NCBI GenBank assembly: GCA_040357565.1
Contig: JBDODJ010000005.1
Direction: 5' to 3' (one strand)
Origin: Cercozoa sp. M6MM
Lineage: Eukaryota > Protista > Endomyxa: Ascetosporea
DNA: 64,000 nucleotides
A program made the translations under genes and the position numbers. This document shows positions 52,907 to 64,000 of this stretch, piece after piece. How positions within the stretch are numbered: position 1 is the first letter of the stretch; each line of letters starts with the position of its first letter. The notes under the pieces were generated by a model. It was not told the DNA's origin. It saw nothing but the letters and a program-made list of their open reading frames with translations, and ran no database searches.

Positions 52907-55900
52907 GCGTGTTCTCATCCGTGCTGGTTGGCGCTGCTCAGGGCAGCGGCCTTGGTGTCAGTGGCATCCTTTCCGTTGTCTTGTTGGGTTTGGTTGTGTC
53001 TCGGTACAAGTCGGCTATCTCGCCTAGTATCGAAGGTGACGTGCACTCATTCTGGGAGATGGTTTCATACATCGCCAACACCGTGATCTTTGTGATCTCG
53101 GGCGTCATCATTGAAAGCAAGATATTCACCGCCGACATCACTGGCACAGACGCCGGTCTCCTCGTGTTGCTGTATCTTGGTATTCACGTAGCACGTGCGA
53201 TTACAATCGCGCTGTTCTACCCGCTGATGAAGCGAATCGGCTACGGCATCGTGTGGCGAGAAGCAACGATTCTCACTGCAGGTGGGTTGCGTGGTGCCAT
53301 CAGTTTGGCGCTAGCACTGCTCACTGAGGGCGAAACGAGTCTCGACCAAACCTACCGAAACAAGGTCGTGTTTCACGTGAGCGGCATCGTGTGTCTAACG
53401 CTGCTGCTGAATGGAATCGGCATTCGTCAGATACTCGCGAAACTGGGAATGACGAGAATGAAGACTGAAAGTGTCGTCGTGTTTCGGCAAGCAATGCACC
53501 ACCTTCGCAACGAAAGTCAAGCCTTGCTAAGCACTCTTGTCAGTGACAAGTACTACTCGGGTGCCAAGTGGGACCAAGTGCGCAAGGCGCTGCCTTGCTA
53601 CGCCGATGTGTGCTTGAAGCTTGCTCCTGTCCAAAGAAGAAGGATCGAACAGGTCGCTGGTATGTCGCTGGACGAACGCTCGCAGGCAGTGCGAACCTTG
53701 CGTCGCACAATGACGCGTCGCTTGTCGGCAGACACGATGGCTTCGCTTGGTCTTACTCCAGAGACTGTGTCAAGACTAGCCGACGCGTACCGCTCGCACC
53801 GTTCGCGGTCCAAGTCTCGAAGGTCCAAGTCGCGTGCTTCGAAAAGCACCGCCGCAAGTGAACTTTTGCAACCAAACGAACAGTTGCTATTGTACGAAGT
53901 CGTACACCGCTTTCTCTCGTCCATGAAGGCGAGTTACCTCCAACAGTACGAGGAAGGTGTTGTGACGAGACGAGCTTTCGACGCTTTGGTGGAAGCAGCA
54001 GACACGGCTCTCGACGAGAACTCATTGGAAAGAAACCTTGAGGTTCTGAGACCACACGTGCGAGTTCCACGGTGGCTCAAAGCGATGTATACGTCTTCGT
54101 TCGCCCCGCTGCGGGCAGTTTCGCATGTACTTCTCACGGCGCGTCTGCTGTACGCTGTAGAGTTGATCATCGCTTTCTTGCAAGCGTCAGAGAGATTGTC
54201 GCAGTTGATTGAAACCGTGCCAGAGCTCAGTGACTTGCCACAAGTGAAGAGCGCACTTTCAGCACAGCGCCGAGTGGAAGCATCGGCTCGAGAGGCGTGG
54301 TTGGATATCCAATCGTCCTTCCCGGAGATCTACGTGGAGATTCAAACCCAGCACGCAATATCGTTGATTCTGCACACGGAGAAACACACGATCAGCGAAC
54401 TGGCGGCACTGGGCGTGCTGGAAGAAGGCGAGGCAAAAACCATGGATGAGACAGTTCGCGAGCGTCTGCATTCTCAACAACGCCAAGGCGTGAGTGTTTT
54501 TGAAGGAAAAGCCCGGGCATGCGTGGTGATGCTCAAAAAGTGCTTGAATCCCGAATTGGATCTACTCGAAGCTGGCGAATCGATGCAAATCCTTGAAGAG
54601 TTAGCGTGGGTCGCTGCCATGTCGGAAGACGAGAAAAAGAAACTACGAAATGCAACGACGAGGCTTTTGTTCTCGAAGCACGAAGTTCTGTTTCGCATAG
54701 GCGAGCAGCCTGATGGAATTCTCTTGTTAGTGCGAGGTGTCACCTCCCACATCAGGCACAACCAACCCGTGGACACGCAGGGACGTGGCACGGTGCTCGC
54801 CATGTGGGGGTTTCTCACCGAACAGCCTCAGATGAGTGAAGTACGCGCACGCACGTTGGTCGAGGCTCTCTTCATCAGCGGTCGGGTGTTGCGACACCTG
54901 AAGAGACACAACGATACGGTTGCAGGTGAGATGTGGCGGGCTGCGGGCGCCGACCTAATGAAGGTTTTTTTCGCCGGCCAGTTTCCTGGCCACAACGCAA
55001 TCTCGCTCGGGCGTTTGTGTATCGATGCTGACGTTTGCACTCTGCAACCAGGTGAGCAAATTATTTTGGAGCGCGTGGCGTTGCTGCTGGAAGGTGCGAT
55101 CGATGTGGAAGTCGCGAGTCCCGTGGCAGGCCTCGAGGGTCTCGCGCAGTCGGCAACGCGAGCCATCAAGCACCGCATCCACGCACCTGCAATTCTGTTG
55201 CCTTCGTCTACGCCGTATTATGCGCCAGTGCGGCACATTCCTACCATAGGAGAACTCGGACGGCAAGGCAGTGGCATGCTCACGGTGCCAGAAAACTCCC
55301 AGAGTGGCAATTCTTCTACCCACGCGACCTCGGTGTCCTCAGTTGTTTCCGAGGTGGACGAAGAAACTGCTCTGGTGCTGGAAACTGGCATGCCATCATC
55401 AACAGCGTCAACGCAGCGAGAGCGTGTTGATACCCGGCGCGCCCGAGAACCGAGCATTTCCGTGGTGGATCGACGAGTGCGTCGTAATGTGCACTCGCAC
55501 AAGGTGGCGCACGTGCATAAAGCGGCAACACCAAAACCGCGGCAAGACGCAGGTGTCACAACGCGACGACACGACTTGCATCAGCGTACGTCACAGTCAG
55601 GCAGCACTCGACCTGAGGAGTCGAGCGAAGAAGCGAGTGTTGCGTCGTCTTTCTCGGTGTCAGTGCTGTCGGCGCCTGCGCACATAGGTGGCGCGCTAGA
55701 GGAGGTGTCACGCTCGCCCTCGCTGAATCGCGTACGTCGCCAGATGAGTGCGATAGAGTTGAACAAACAGGCCACGGAAAGGTCAGGTCGAGATTCAAGA
55801 GGCTTGGAAAAGCCGTTCAGCTTTATTGTGCCACTGCAACAACGTGACACGATAACCAGCGCCCAGACTGATAGAACCGCGATGCTGGAGAAACTAAAGC

Positions 55901-57370
55901 CGCCAGTTTTGCTCATTTTCCAGACGACATCACTCACTCGAGAACGTGCTCGTATTCGGCATCCTCCGATGGGTGCAGGTGTCTTCAACGCCACTGGTCG
56001 ACGTGGCTCGGTCCTCACGGGCCCCGAAGTGGAGCCTAGGCCCCGAGCTGGACCAGTCGGCGTGATCTCGACTCCAATGTCGCGAGCTGCCTCGCGGAGA
56101 CGTCTATACACTCCTTCAGTCTCGGAATCCGCAGTGGAGCTACTTGATCTGGAGGCACGGGCACCATCGTTACCAGAGGAGCGCTTTCCTCCACCTTCAC
56201 CCCCGTCCCCATCTCCACCTTCATCTCCGTCTCCCCGGGTTCCTTTCTTACGTCGCTTGTCGAACGCGGTTTCCAAGCGCATGCAACGCACCAGCGAAAT
56301 ACCGCTGAGGGTGCTCGAATTTGATTCCTCTGTAGCTGCTTCTCTTGGTTTTTATACGATGTACGTTGCTCATAGAGAGCAGAGTCACTCCGTCGCTTTG
56401 GTCTGAGCGATAAGGAACTGGCGCACTCGGAACTTGAGATAGCCCTCAGAAAACGAGCACTCCACAATTTGCTCAAACGTCGGCAGACTCTGGCAGCCAC
56501 AACTGGAGCTTTTGCCGACGAGTCGACGATTGCCGCTTCCTCGGCTGAGTCGGCAGAACTGCAGCGACGTGGCACCATTGCTTCTGACCTCACCTCACAG
56601 CAACTCGGGCTGGCCTGGGACATGCCAACACGTCGCTCGTCTGTTATCCTGCCACGTCCGGTGTCACCTGTAACTTACAGTGACTCTTAACACGCCTACG
56701 GTATTTTTACACTACTGATTTTGGGATGCAGGACGAAGGAGCGTCAAGTTATGTCTCGTCGTCGTTCCAGTACCCAACAATGCCGGTACATGAATCTTAC
56801 TGTTAGTTTGAAACGTGCTGTTCCTCTGATATTTGAGTTGTTCGACCAAGCCACTGACGCCCAGATCGAGATCACCCTCGCTGCAGCGCCAGCCACCACT
56901 CGAACGCGTGCCACCAAGCACACCGAGCGAGTTGACGCGCTCACAATCGGTGCGAACACCTGTGCTTCCAACGTCACCGCAGCTAACCTCGCAGCGCAGT
57001 ATGCGTGGCACATCAATCTGTTCAACCCGTTTCGATGACGCTCGTCGTGCTTCCTTAGGTATTTTATTCCAACACCGTCCTCTACAAGTAGCTATTCTTC
57101 GATATCGGTACCACAAAATGCACAGATCGCATGCCGTCGCGGGTCGCGCGGAGAGGAATGCTCCCACAGCGAAAAAGGCGGAAACGACGTCGCACAGTCA
57201 GTGACATCTTCGACATGCCTCATCGCACCGAAAGACGTGGCAGTGCAGAAGGGACCGTGTCGGACAACAAGAGTGCGCTTGCACGTGTCGATGCAGAACT
57301 AAACGACCTCGATATCGGTTCAAGCAGCAATGGGCGTAGCCGGAGTCTCCCGGACCAGGACGAACCGTAG
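52019..57370 (+). CDS. SOS1/NHX7-like CPA1 Na+/H+ exchanger with cyclic-nucleotide-binding-like domain and long disordered tail
   Basis: LPYTVVLL, PALIFES, LAGPGV, SATDPVAVVALL, IEAESLLNDG, GLRGAISLALAL; CNBD-like LFRIGEQPDGILLLVRG...VRARTLVEALFI. Four small 3' exons end in TAG at 57370. The true start may lie slightly upstream (ATG at 51840). Confidence 0.92.
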
Positions 57371-57896
57371 CGTCACAGCGAACCTACTTTACATTTTATC
57401 GTTCACCTGCAACCTGGATCAACTAAATGGCTTACGTCAGGCTGGTGTAAATGTGTTCAGGCCCGATGCCCCGGACTGGGCTTACAGTAGTCATTCAGTT
57501 TCGGTACTCCGACTCGTAGTAATTCCGCTACTCAGGGCTGAGGCTCATTTTCTGAAAAACTGACAACTGAACTGCCGTGCCAGTGCAACTCACACTTTTC
57601 AGAGGAGCGAGTCTTGTAAGGTGCCAACTGCGTGCTCAGGGAAACGGCTTTAGCTTTTACTAGCTCAACGTGTGTTTAAACTAAAGGTTCGAAACGGTTC
57701 GAAACGGCTGTTTCAGTTTCAGGTTGGCTTCTGAAACTAAACTTGAGTATTTGCCGGAAAAGTCAGTAACGTATCCATCGGCATTTGTTTCACTATAAAC
57801 TGAACTGACTCGGTGGGTTCAACACCTGCGTGTTTGACCGCAATGTCGTCTGGGGTCAATGATTCTACAGCGGTGCGAATTTGGTATAAGTTTACA

Positions 57897-60800
57897 CTAC
57901 TTTCGCTTTGCCTTCTGCTTCGGTTTCTTCTTGTCGCCTGTAGTAGCGTTGGCAGCAGTTTCGGCTTGCTCTTTGTCCAAGCGAGCTCTGCGAAATATAA
58001 GTGCCAGCAAGACCACATAAGTGTGGTTTCGTAGCAAGAAAGGTAGGTTACCGCTCTGTTTCGCCAGTGATATCATCGTAGAACTGATGCGTGGCAGCTC
58101 GCTCTTCTTCAGTTTCAGGTTTCTCGAGTGCCAAGTTGCGGGCGAACTCCTCCGTGGTGAACTGCCGGCCGTCTTGACGCAGAGCGTACAATCTACGAGG
58201 GTTCAATGTTGACAAGACAGTGCGTTTGATTGAGCCAGTCGAAAAATCTTCCGAAAGGCGCGCTAACATGGACACAGACATCTCGTTAGAATGATTGATC
58301 TCCTCCTCAGTTGCACCCTTCACAACAAAGCATCACACATTAAGGAAGTGATATATTTTTATTGCCAGAGTACATTTAACGTACAGCATAGCGAAGGAAG
58401 TAATGCCACAGCTCAACCCGGCTGTTGTAGTCGGGCTGAGGAAGAAAGAGAGAGTGACCTCCGTTCTCTGAACTGCCAAAGCTCCGTAGGCCTTCGGAGT
58501 CAACGCTCTCGCTGCCGGGATTTTGTGCAGTCGCAATCACCATAACAGCATCATCGAGAGTGAGATCATTTAAACACGCCTTGAGCTCCTTGATCATTGA
58601 GCCTGGCCCGTGTTTGGGCAATTTCTTCTTTTTGGGCTTCTTTTTCTTCTTCTTGTCGCTGTCCTGGAGACCGAAAATTGTTTCATCGATGCTGTCGATG
58701 TAGATCACGGAAGGACCAGCCGCTTTAGCCACGGCAAAGGTCATGTAGATGAGTCGGCTCAGCTCGACACCGTCAGATATGCCTCGGTGTTCGCACAGGT
58801 TGCGAGGGGACAAGTCGAACCAAGCTGCGTCGACGTCGTGCGCAAGTGCACGCGCAAGCATAGTTTTGCCACTTCCCTTTGCGCCATACAGCAAGAGCGT
58901 GTGCTGTCGCGGAAGAGAGACAATATTGTGCGGAGACACCGCAGAGGCAGAGTCACCCTCGAACCCAGTGAGCTCTGACTGAACTGAAACCTCGACGTGC
59001 TGGCCAAATTCTCGAGCCGTACGCGATGCCAACGGGAACGCTCCATACACTGCAACACTCTCTCGCACCTGAGCCAGTGACGGATCTGGACGTAGACCGG
59101 CTTCAATGCTGTCGACGCCGAGAACATTGGGTCCTCCGATAAAGTGCTGTAGCGAAAGCGAGCGCTCGTGCACTTGCTTCTTCTTGTCCGCACTTTCATC
59201 CACGACCCCACGATCGAGTGGAGGTGCACCACGGAGAATGCCAATTTCCGACAACTCCACGACCATGTCTTCCAACGAAAGACCGACCGCTGCCTTCTTG
59301 CCTTCGGAGGGTTTGCTCTTCTTGCCCTTTCCTTTGCCTTTGCCTTTGCCTTTGCCTTTGCCTTTTCCTTTGCCTTTGCCTTTTCCCTTCTTGCTTTTTC
59401 CTTTCTTCTTGCTCTTTCCTTTCTTGCCCTTGCCGCCCTTCTTGCCTTTCTTTCCTTTCGAGGACTCGGCCAGCTGGGTTTTGAGCTCTTCTAGCATCGC
59501 TAGCAGCTTCGTATCCACATCTCGTCGAATGCCCTCATACACAATTGGTCGAACGAGGTCTCGAGCGAGTTCGCTGTCGTGTTTTTGGTGGTAGTTGTCT
59601 TTCCAGTCGTCCTCAAAAAAGGCAGACCACAAGTTTCGGTAGCGCAAGACTTGCTCTCGAATGCCGTCTACAACTGCTGGTGTTCCGACAAGCACGGTGT
59701 CTGTCAGTTCTGAACTTCCCCCTATCCCATCACAACAAACGCACAAAATTCCAAGCAGTTGCACCTCTCAGAAGCACATCAGTATAAAAGCAACAGAATG
59801 GAACTGCACCACCGTCACCTTTCTTTTTTTGTTTCTTGCTCTCTTTTTTCGTGCTTGTTTTCTTCCCCTTTCCGGTCTTTTTTCCTGCTTTTTTATCCTC
59901 TTTGGTAGGCGCTGGCTCCACGTTAAGGTCGAGATTCTCTGCTTTGGCCTTTTCTTCGTAGAAAGCATCAAAGTTGTCCGTGCTCGGAAACTTTCCAGCG
60001 CCTTCTTTTTCGCTTTGTTGAATCCACCACATGTACCGCTCGTTCCACATCTTGTCACGCAGGTCAGCGCCTTCGATGTCTCGTATGTGCTCCTTCAGCT
60101 CTTCGTATGCTCGCTTGAGTTCTCGCTTCGCGTCAAGTTGTCGGCGCCATCGAACTGCAGCAATTTTTCGCAGCTCGAGCTCTGAGTGTGGCGCGCTGAC
60201 TTTGTCGTAAGCACATGAGTACTTGACGTCGCTTTGACCACTGCCACTGCCAGTGAGGGCATCGATGCTCTCTTCGCTATGACCGTACAGCCATTCGTCT
60301 GATGCTTCGCTTTCATGTTCAACGTCGCAGAGACCAATTGCACTGTCTTGTGCCTCGAGTTGTGCCTTGACGTCGCGGCGAGTCGCGTGCCCTTTCCAGA
60401 TTCGCTGTATTTGTGCGGCAGCTTGGTCTTCAGTCATGCGAGGCCGCTCTTGCATGTCACCCTTAAGCGATTCGGTCTCTTCCGCCACTGCGTCTGCCGC
60501 ATGACGACGGTCCCGCCATATTTCCTCTGCCTGCTTTTTACCTTGACGGTAGCGTTCCATGTTTCTAATCGTAGCGATCGCGCTCTCGGGCGTCAGTTCG
60601 GGGGGTGGAGCCAAGTAAACACCTTCTTTGAGTCTGGAGAGTTGCCACTCGTCTTCTGCCTCTGTGGGGATCTCAACTGTTCCTATCTTCTGACGAGTGT
60701 CACGGATAAGTTTGCGCACAACCCTACATCACGTTTAGTTGATATCAGACATTGGGGATCGTGAATATATGTCAAGTTCACCTTCGTGCTTCAAAGAGCT

Positions 60801-61347
60801 TGGTTGGCGTTTTTCCCTCCGAGTCTGCATCATCTTTTAAGTCAAGTGGCTCCGGCAGTATTGGTTCTGCCAGGTTTGCATCTTGTACGGCAGGTCTTCG
60901 TCGGAACACCCGCGGAATCCGTACCTCAAGCAGATCTGGAGGTATGCCAGCCTCGATGGCCATTCGCACAATCTCCAACGAGTCCGACCCTGTGTTGCGC
61001 CCCGGCTGGAACAACGAAAGCTTGTGCCGTAGCGAAACAAGTCTGGAAACCACCAAATCCAGCGCTGCTGACACATCTGCAAGCTTCTGTGGGTGTGCCA
61101 TCTGATCCGCGCACTCGTCAAGATCGCGTAGAATACGCGAATATCGTACGTACAGCAAAAGCAAGCGGTTGAATGCTTCCTCTTGTGTAATTTTCTGAGG
61201 TTCACGTGGTTCAAGGGTCAACTTTGGCTTGCCAGATACATCTTCGGTATCGCCTTGCGGCACAAAAAGTGGTGTTTCCGCTTGAATCTGCTCTCCAAGC
61301 TGCTCGACAGCATCGCGCCAAAGCGCTGCAAGTGAGGCATGCGACAT
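57897..61347 (-). CDS. DRC11: IQ and AAA domain-containing protein / dynein regulatory complex subunit 11
   Basis: MSHASLAALW, YVRY..I.R.LDEC.DQM.HPQK, IQ motif AAAQIQRIWKGHATRR, K/G-rich linker, Walker A GAKGSGKT, FDLSP, PSVIYID. Confidence 0.93.
59320..59460 (-). repeat. Coding (GK)n / lysine-rich low-complexity repeat (CCTTTG units on the + strand)
   Basis: KKGKGKGKGKGKGKGKGKGKGKK. Confidence 0.9.
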
Positions 61348-61886
61348 CAAGGCTTAGTTTCTGTTCGCCTTGAGCAACTGAACGACCCAAGATGGGTCGG
61401 TTTTTTGCCTCCCCAAGATCGGGGCACACAAGAAACGCTCCACAAAGCTGATGTATCGATTTCGACCCTTGTTTTTGATAAAGTTGTAGCTGTGCTCACA
61501 CTGTACCACACTGTACAAAGGTACAGCCACACTGTAAGTTTAAGAAAGGGACATCGTGCGGTCCTGCGCATAGGGCATGCCCTCGATTCAAGTCAGTGCA
61601 CGTGGTACCGAGACTGATCGACTGGGCGATCAACCGTCACGAGAATCTGGGGATCAGTAAATGCGTCGTTGAAAATTGGTCGAAAGAGCAGATTCAGTCG
61701 GACAACGCCAGGGACGTTGGCTCATTGGAGTTACTCGGCGTACTTGCAGGCATTTGACCGTTGACAGAGCTTGTCTCCGTTGGGCACTAGTCCGGGGGAA
61801 GGTTCATTTTGGAGCCAAAGTTTGAAACAGCCAGCAGCATCACTGAAACAAGAGCAACTTTCGGCTAAGACCCAAGGACTGGAAAC

Positions 61887-64000
61887 ATGACCTCACATGC
61901 AGCACTTTTGCGTCAAAAGCAGCAGCTGCGCGCTTTTTCCGGATGGGTAACCACCGCTTGTGATCAACTGTACCTCCTCACTCACAACTGACACTCATGT
62001 TTTCCGTTGCATCGACACAGTTGAACTTGCTGCTCGCGGATACGGACATGACCGTGTCTGCGGAAACACTTCCGCAAGATTTGCGCAACGGCGTTGTGCT
62101 CGCCTACGTCGTGGGCAAACTGCTCGGCAAATCTCTGGTGCAGCATCTTCAGTTCCTTCCTCAATTTTTATTCTTTCGAGGGTACGGTGCTTGAGCAGAA
62201 TGCGAGTATGAAACCGCGCAACAAGTTTCAGGAAATCGAAACCTTGCAAAGTGCGCTGCACGCCATTGAAAAGGCAACAAAGATGCCACTCATCAACATT
62301 GATGCCACCACGATTCGCCAAGGCAGTGTCAAGCTCGTGCTCGGTCTTGTCTGGCAGATTGTGCTCAAGTTCCAAGTCGAGCAGGCTAGTCAAAGCACGA
62401 CCAATTGCAGCGTCGAGGCAGGTAACCTGTTCAGTTATACGTTTTTATACGAGTAAGCAGAAGCCAAATCTTCCAGGTGCCTCGCCAGCCCCGATGGATG
62501 AAGACAATCCCTTCGCCGAGTCGAGTGCGTTTCTCTCCTTCTGCTGTTGCCACAGTTCGCTCTGAGCTGAGTTGTCTTGTAGCCAACACGTCGCTCAATC
62601 GCGACCGAGCTCCTCGTATCCTTTTCACAATCTTCTGACAGAGGAAGGTAATCTTTGTATGTGCGAGCACAGAAAAGAGCGCACTGGAGACGGGGATGGA
62701 GGCACGTTTGCAGGCTATGGGCCACTGGGCTCGTCGACAGACGCAGCAGCACCATGTGCCAGTGCAACTGTCCGAGAACAACGACGTCATTGCCGATCTG
62801 CAGCGAGGCCGACTGCTACCTGCGCTGGTGGCTTCCTTCGGCGATGAGGAGGCTCGCGAGTTACTCATGCCTTTCGTGGTATCCTTCATATAAGGCTTGT
62901 CCCTTAAAGTAACATTTGACACTGTCCATTCCTGGCGCAGATAAACGACGATCTCAGCAGCATCGAGCGTATTTCGGCGGCGTTGCAGGTGGCCGAGCAA
63001 CGCTTCGGCATTCCACAGCTGCTAGACGCCGAACTCACCTCCACGACACCTGGTACATTTCACAATTGTCCTGCTGCCTCCATTGTGCCTTGTGTGTATC
63101 GGTAAATTCGGTACACTCAGACAAGATCTCTGCGTTGACTTACTTGAGTCTGCTCAAGATCTGCGCCGACAAGCGTGAGCAGCTCTTTTCTGTTTCGGTA
63201 TCAATCCAGTCCTCCCTCCCTGTCGAAACATTGTTATGTGAATCCTGCTTCTCTGCAGCAAGACGATGCATTGGGCAACGCACTGTTGCGTGCACAAGAG
63301 GAGGCACTCGCCAAGTACACCTGACCCTTGTTTTGTGTTACGCCCTATATATTTTATTCTACAGGTCACCTTCGCCGTCGACGCCGCCCGAAGTTCGCGA
63401 GGAGCGTCGCCAGCGCCAGCTCGAGCTCGAGCAGAAGAAGCAAGAGATGGAGGAGTTGGAGAAACGCCTCAAAGTATGTTGTTTTGCGCTGTAAACCCTC
63501 TACTGTCGAACTGACTGACTTTTGACTCCCCGCCTGTCTGCAGGAGAGAGAACGCACAATGGCCGAGCAGTGGCGACAGATCAACCATCTGCAGGACCAG
63601 TTGCTCGAACAGCAAAAGTCGGCTTTACCTGAGCCGGAGCCGGAGCCGGAACCTAAACCTCCTGTCGGTACTGACACATACTTGACCACTGTGTACTTTA
63701 CTCGTTGCTACTGACTGTGCCATGACAATACAGCTGGCATGCAAATGTCGGTGGGACCGCCGCCTCCTCCTCAGGTACCACTCAATATCATGACTTTAAC
63801 TGTACTGCAGACCGTGACTTAATTTAGGCCAATGACTGCTTTGATGTTCTGGGCGAGTCTTTGCAGAACAGTTTCTCGCCGCCGCAGTCGGTCAACGCGT
63901 CGGCACGCGACATTTCCGACATGCTTTTCGACGTACCTCGTCTCTCTTTTTCTTCTGCATGCTTTCATTTTGTGCTCTTGTGTTTCGCCCACAGAATGAT
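61887..64000 (+). CDS. Tandem calponin-homology (actinin/filamin-type actin-binding) protein with coiled coil and Pro-rich segments; runs off the window
   Basis: CH1: QQLRAFSGW|LN, LPQDLRNGVVL, LINIDA..I..G..KLVLGLVWQIVLKFQ. CH2: DLQRGRLLPALV, AEQRFGIPQLLD..DKISALTYLS. Confidence 0.88.

Noticed and set aside
57516-57543. GTAATTCCGCTACTCAGGGCTGAGG, resembling the Alu/7SL motif
   Set aside because: Short and gapped; I could not find the SRP helix-8 consensus downstream. An Rfam SRP search would settle it.
57661-57708. A-box/B-box-like TAGCTCAA...GGTTCGAAAC x2
   Set aside because: Spacing is too short and there is no cloverleaf; it looks like a 10-bp tandem duplication.

Overview
Gene-dense, intron-rich eukaryotic (protist-like) nuclear DNA. 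It uses the standard code and short GT-AG introns, mostly 50-100 nt, with GTAC as the most common donor. I assembled about 19 spliced genes by hand from reading-frame phase; boundaries are predictions. They are: an Air1/ZCCHC7-like zinc-knuckle protein, PLAC8, proteasome alpha-3, a HAD-like protein, DNAAF5, BBS1, a secreted Glu-rich repeat protein, a ~7.5 kb multi-TM Cys-rich receptor-like gene, a 2OG-Fe(II) oxygenase, the 3' part of a RhoGAP, a domain-less Pro-rich protein, a gamma-tubulin complex component, a CTL/SLC44 transporter, a LIM-domain + STE11-type kinase, CCNDBP1, a SOS1-like Na+/H+ exchanger, DRC11/IQCA1, a tandem-CH protein and two hypothetical genes. Mobile DNA comprises an APE-type LINE cut off by an assembly gap and a 195-bp element with 29-bp terminal inverted repeats. 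The most unusual signal is a patchily distributed class of introns built from a degenerate Cn-TT(T)AC-Cn / Gn-TAA(A)-Gn repeat. It occurs in both orientations, and the same repeat fills the TIR element. Other introns each carry their own short minisatellite.
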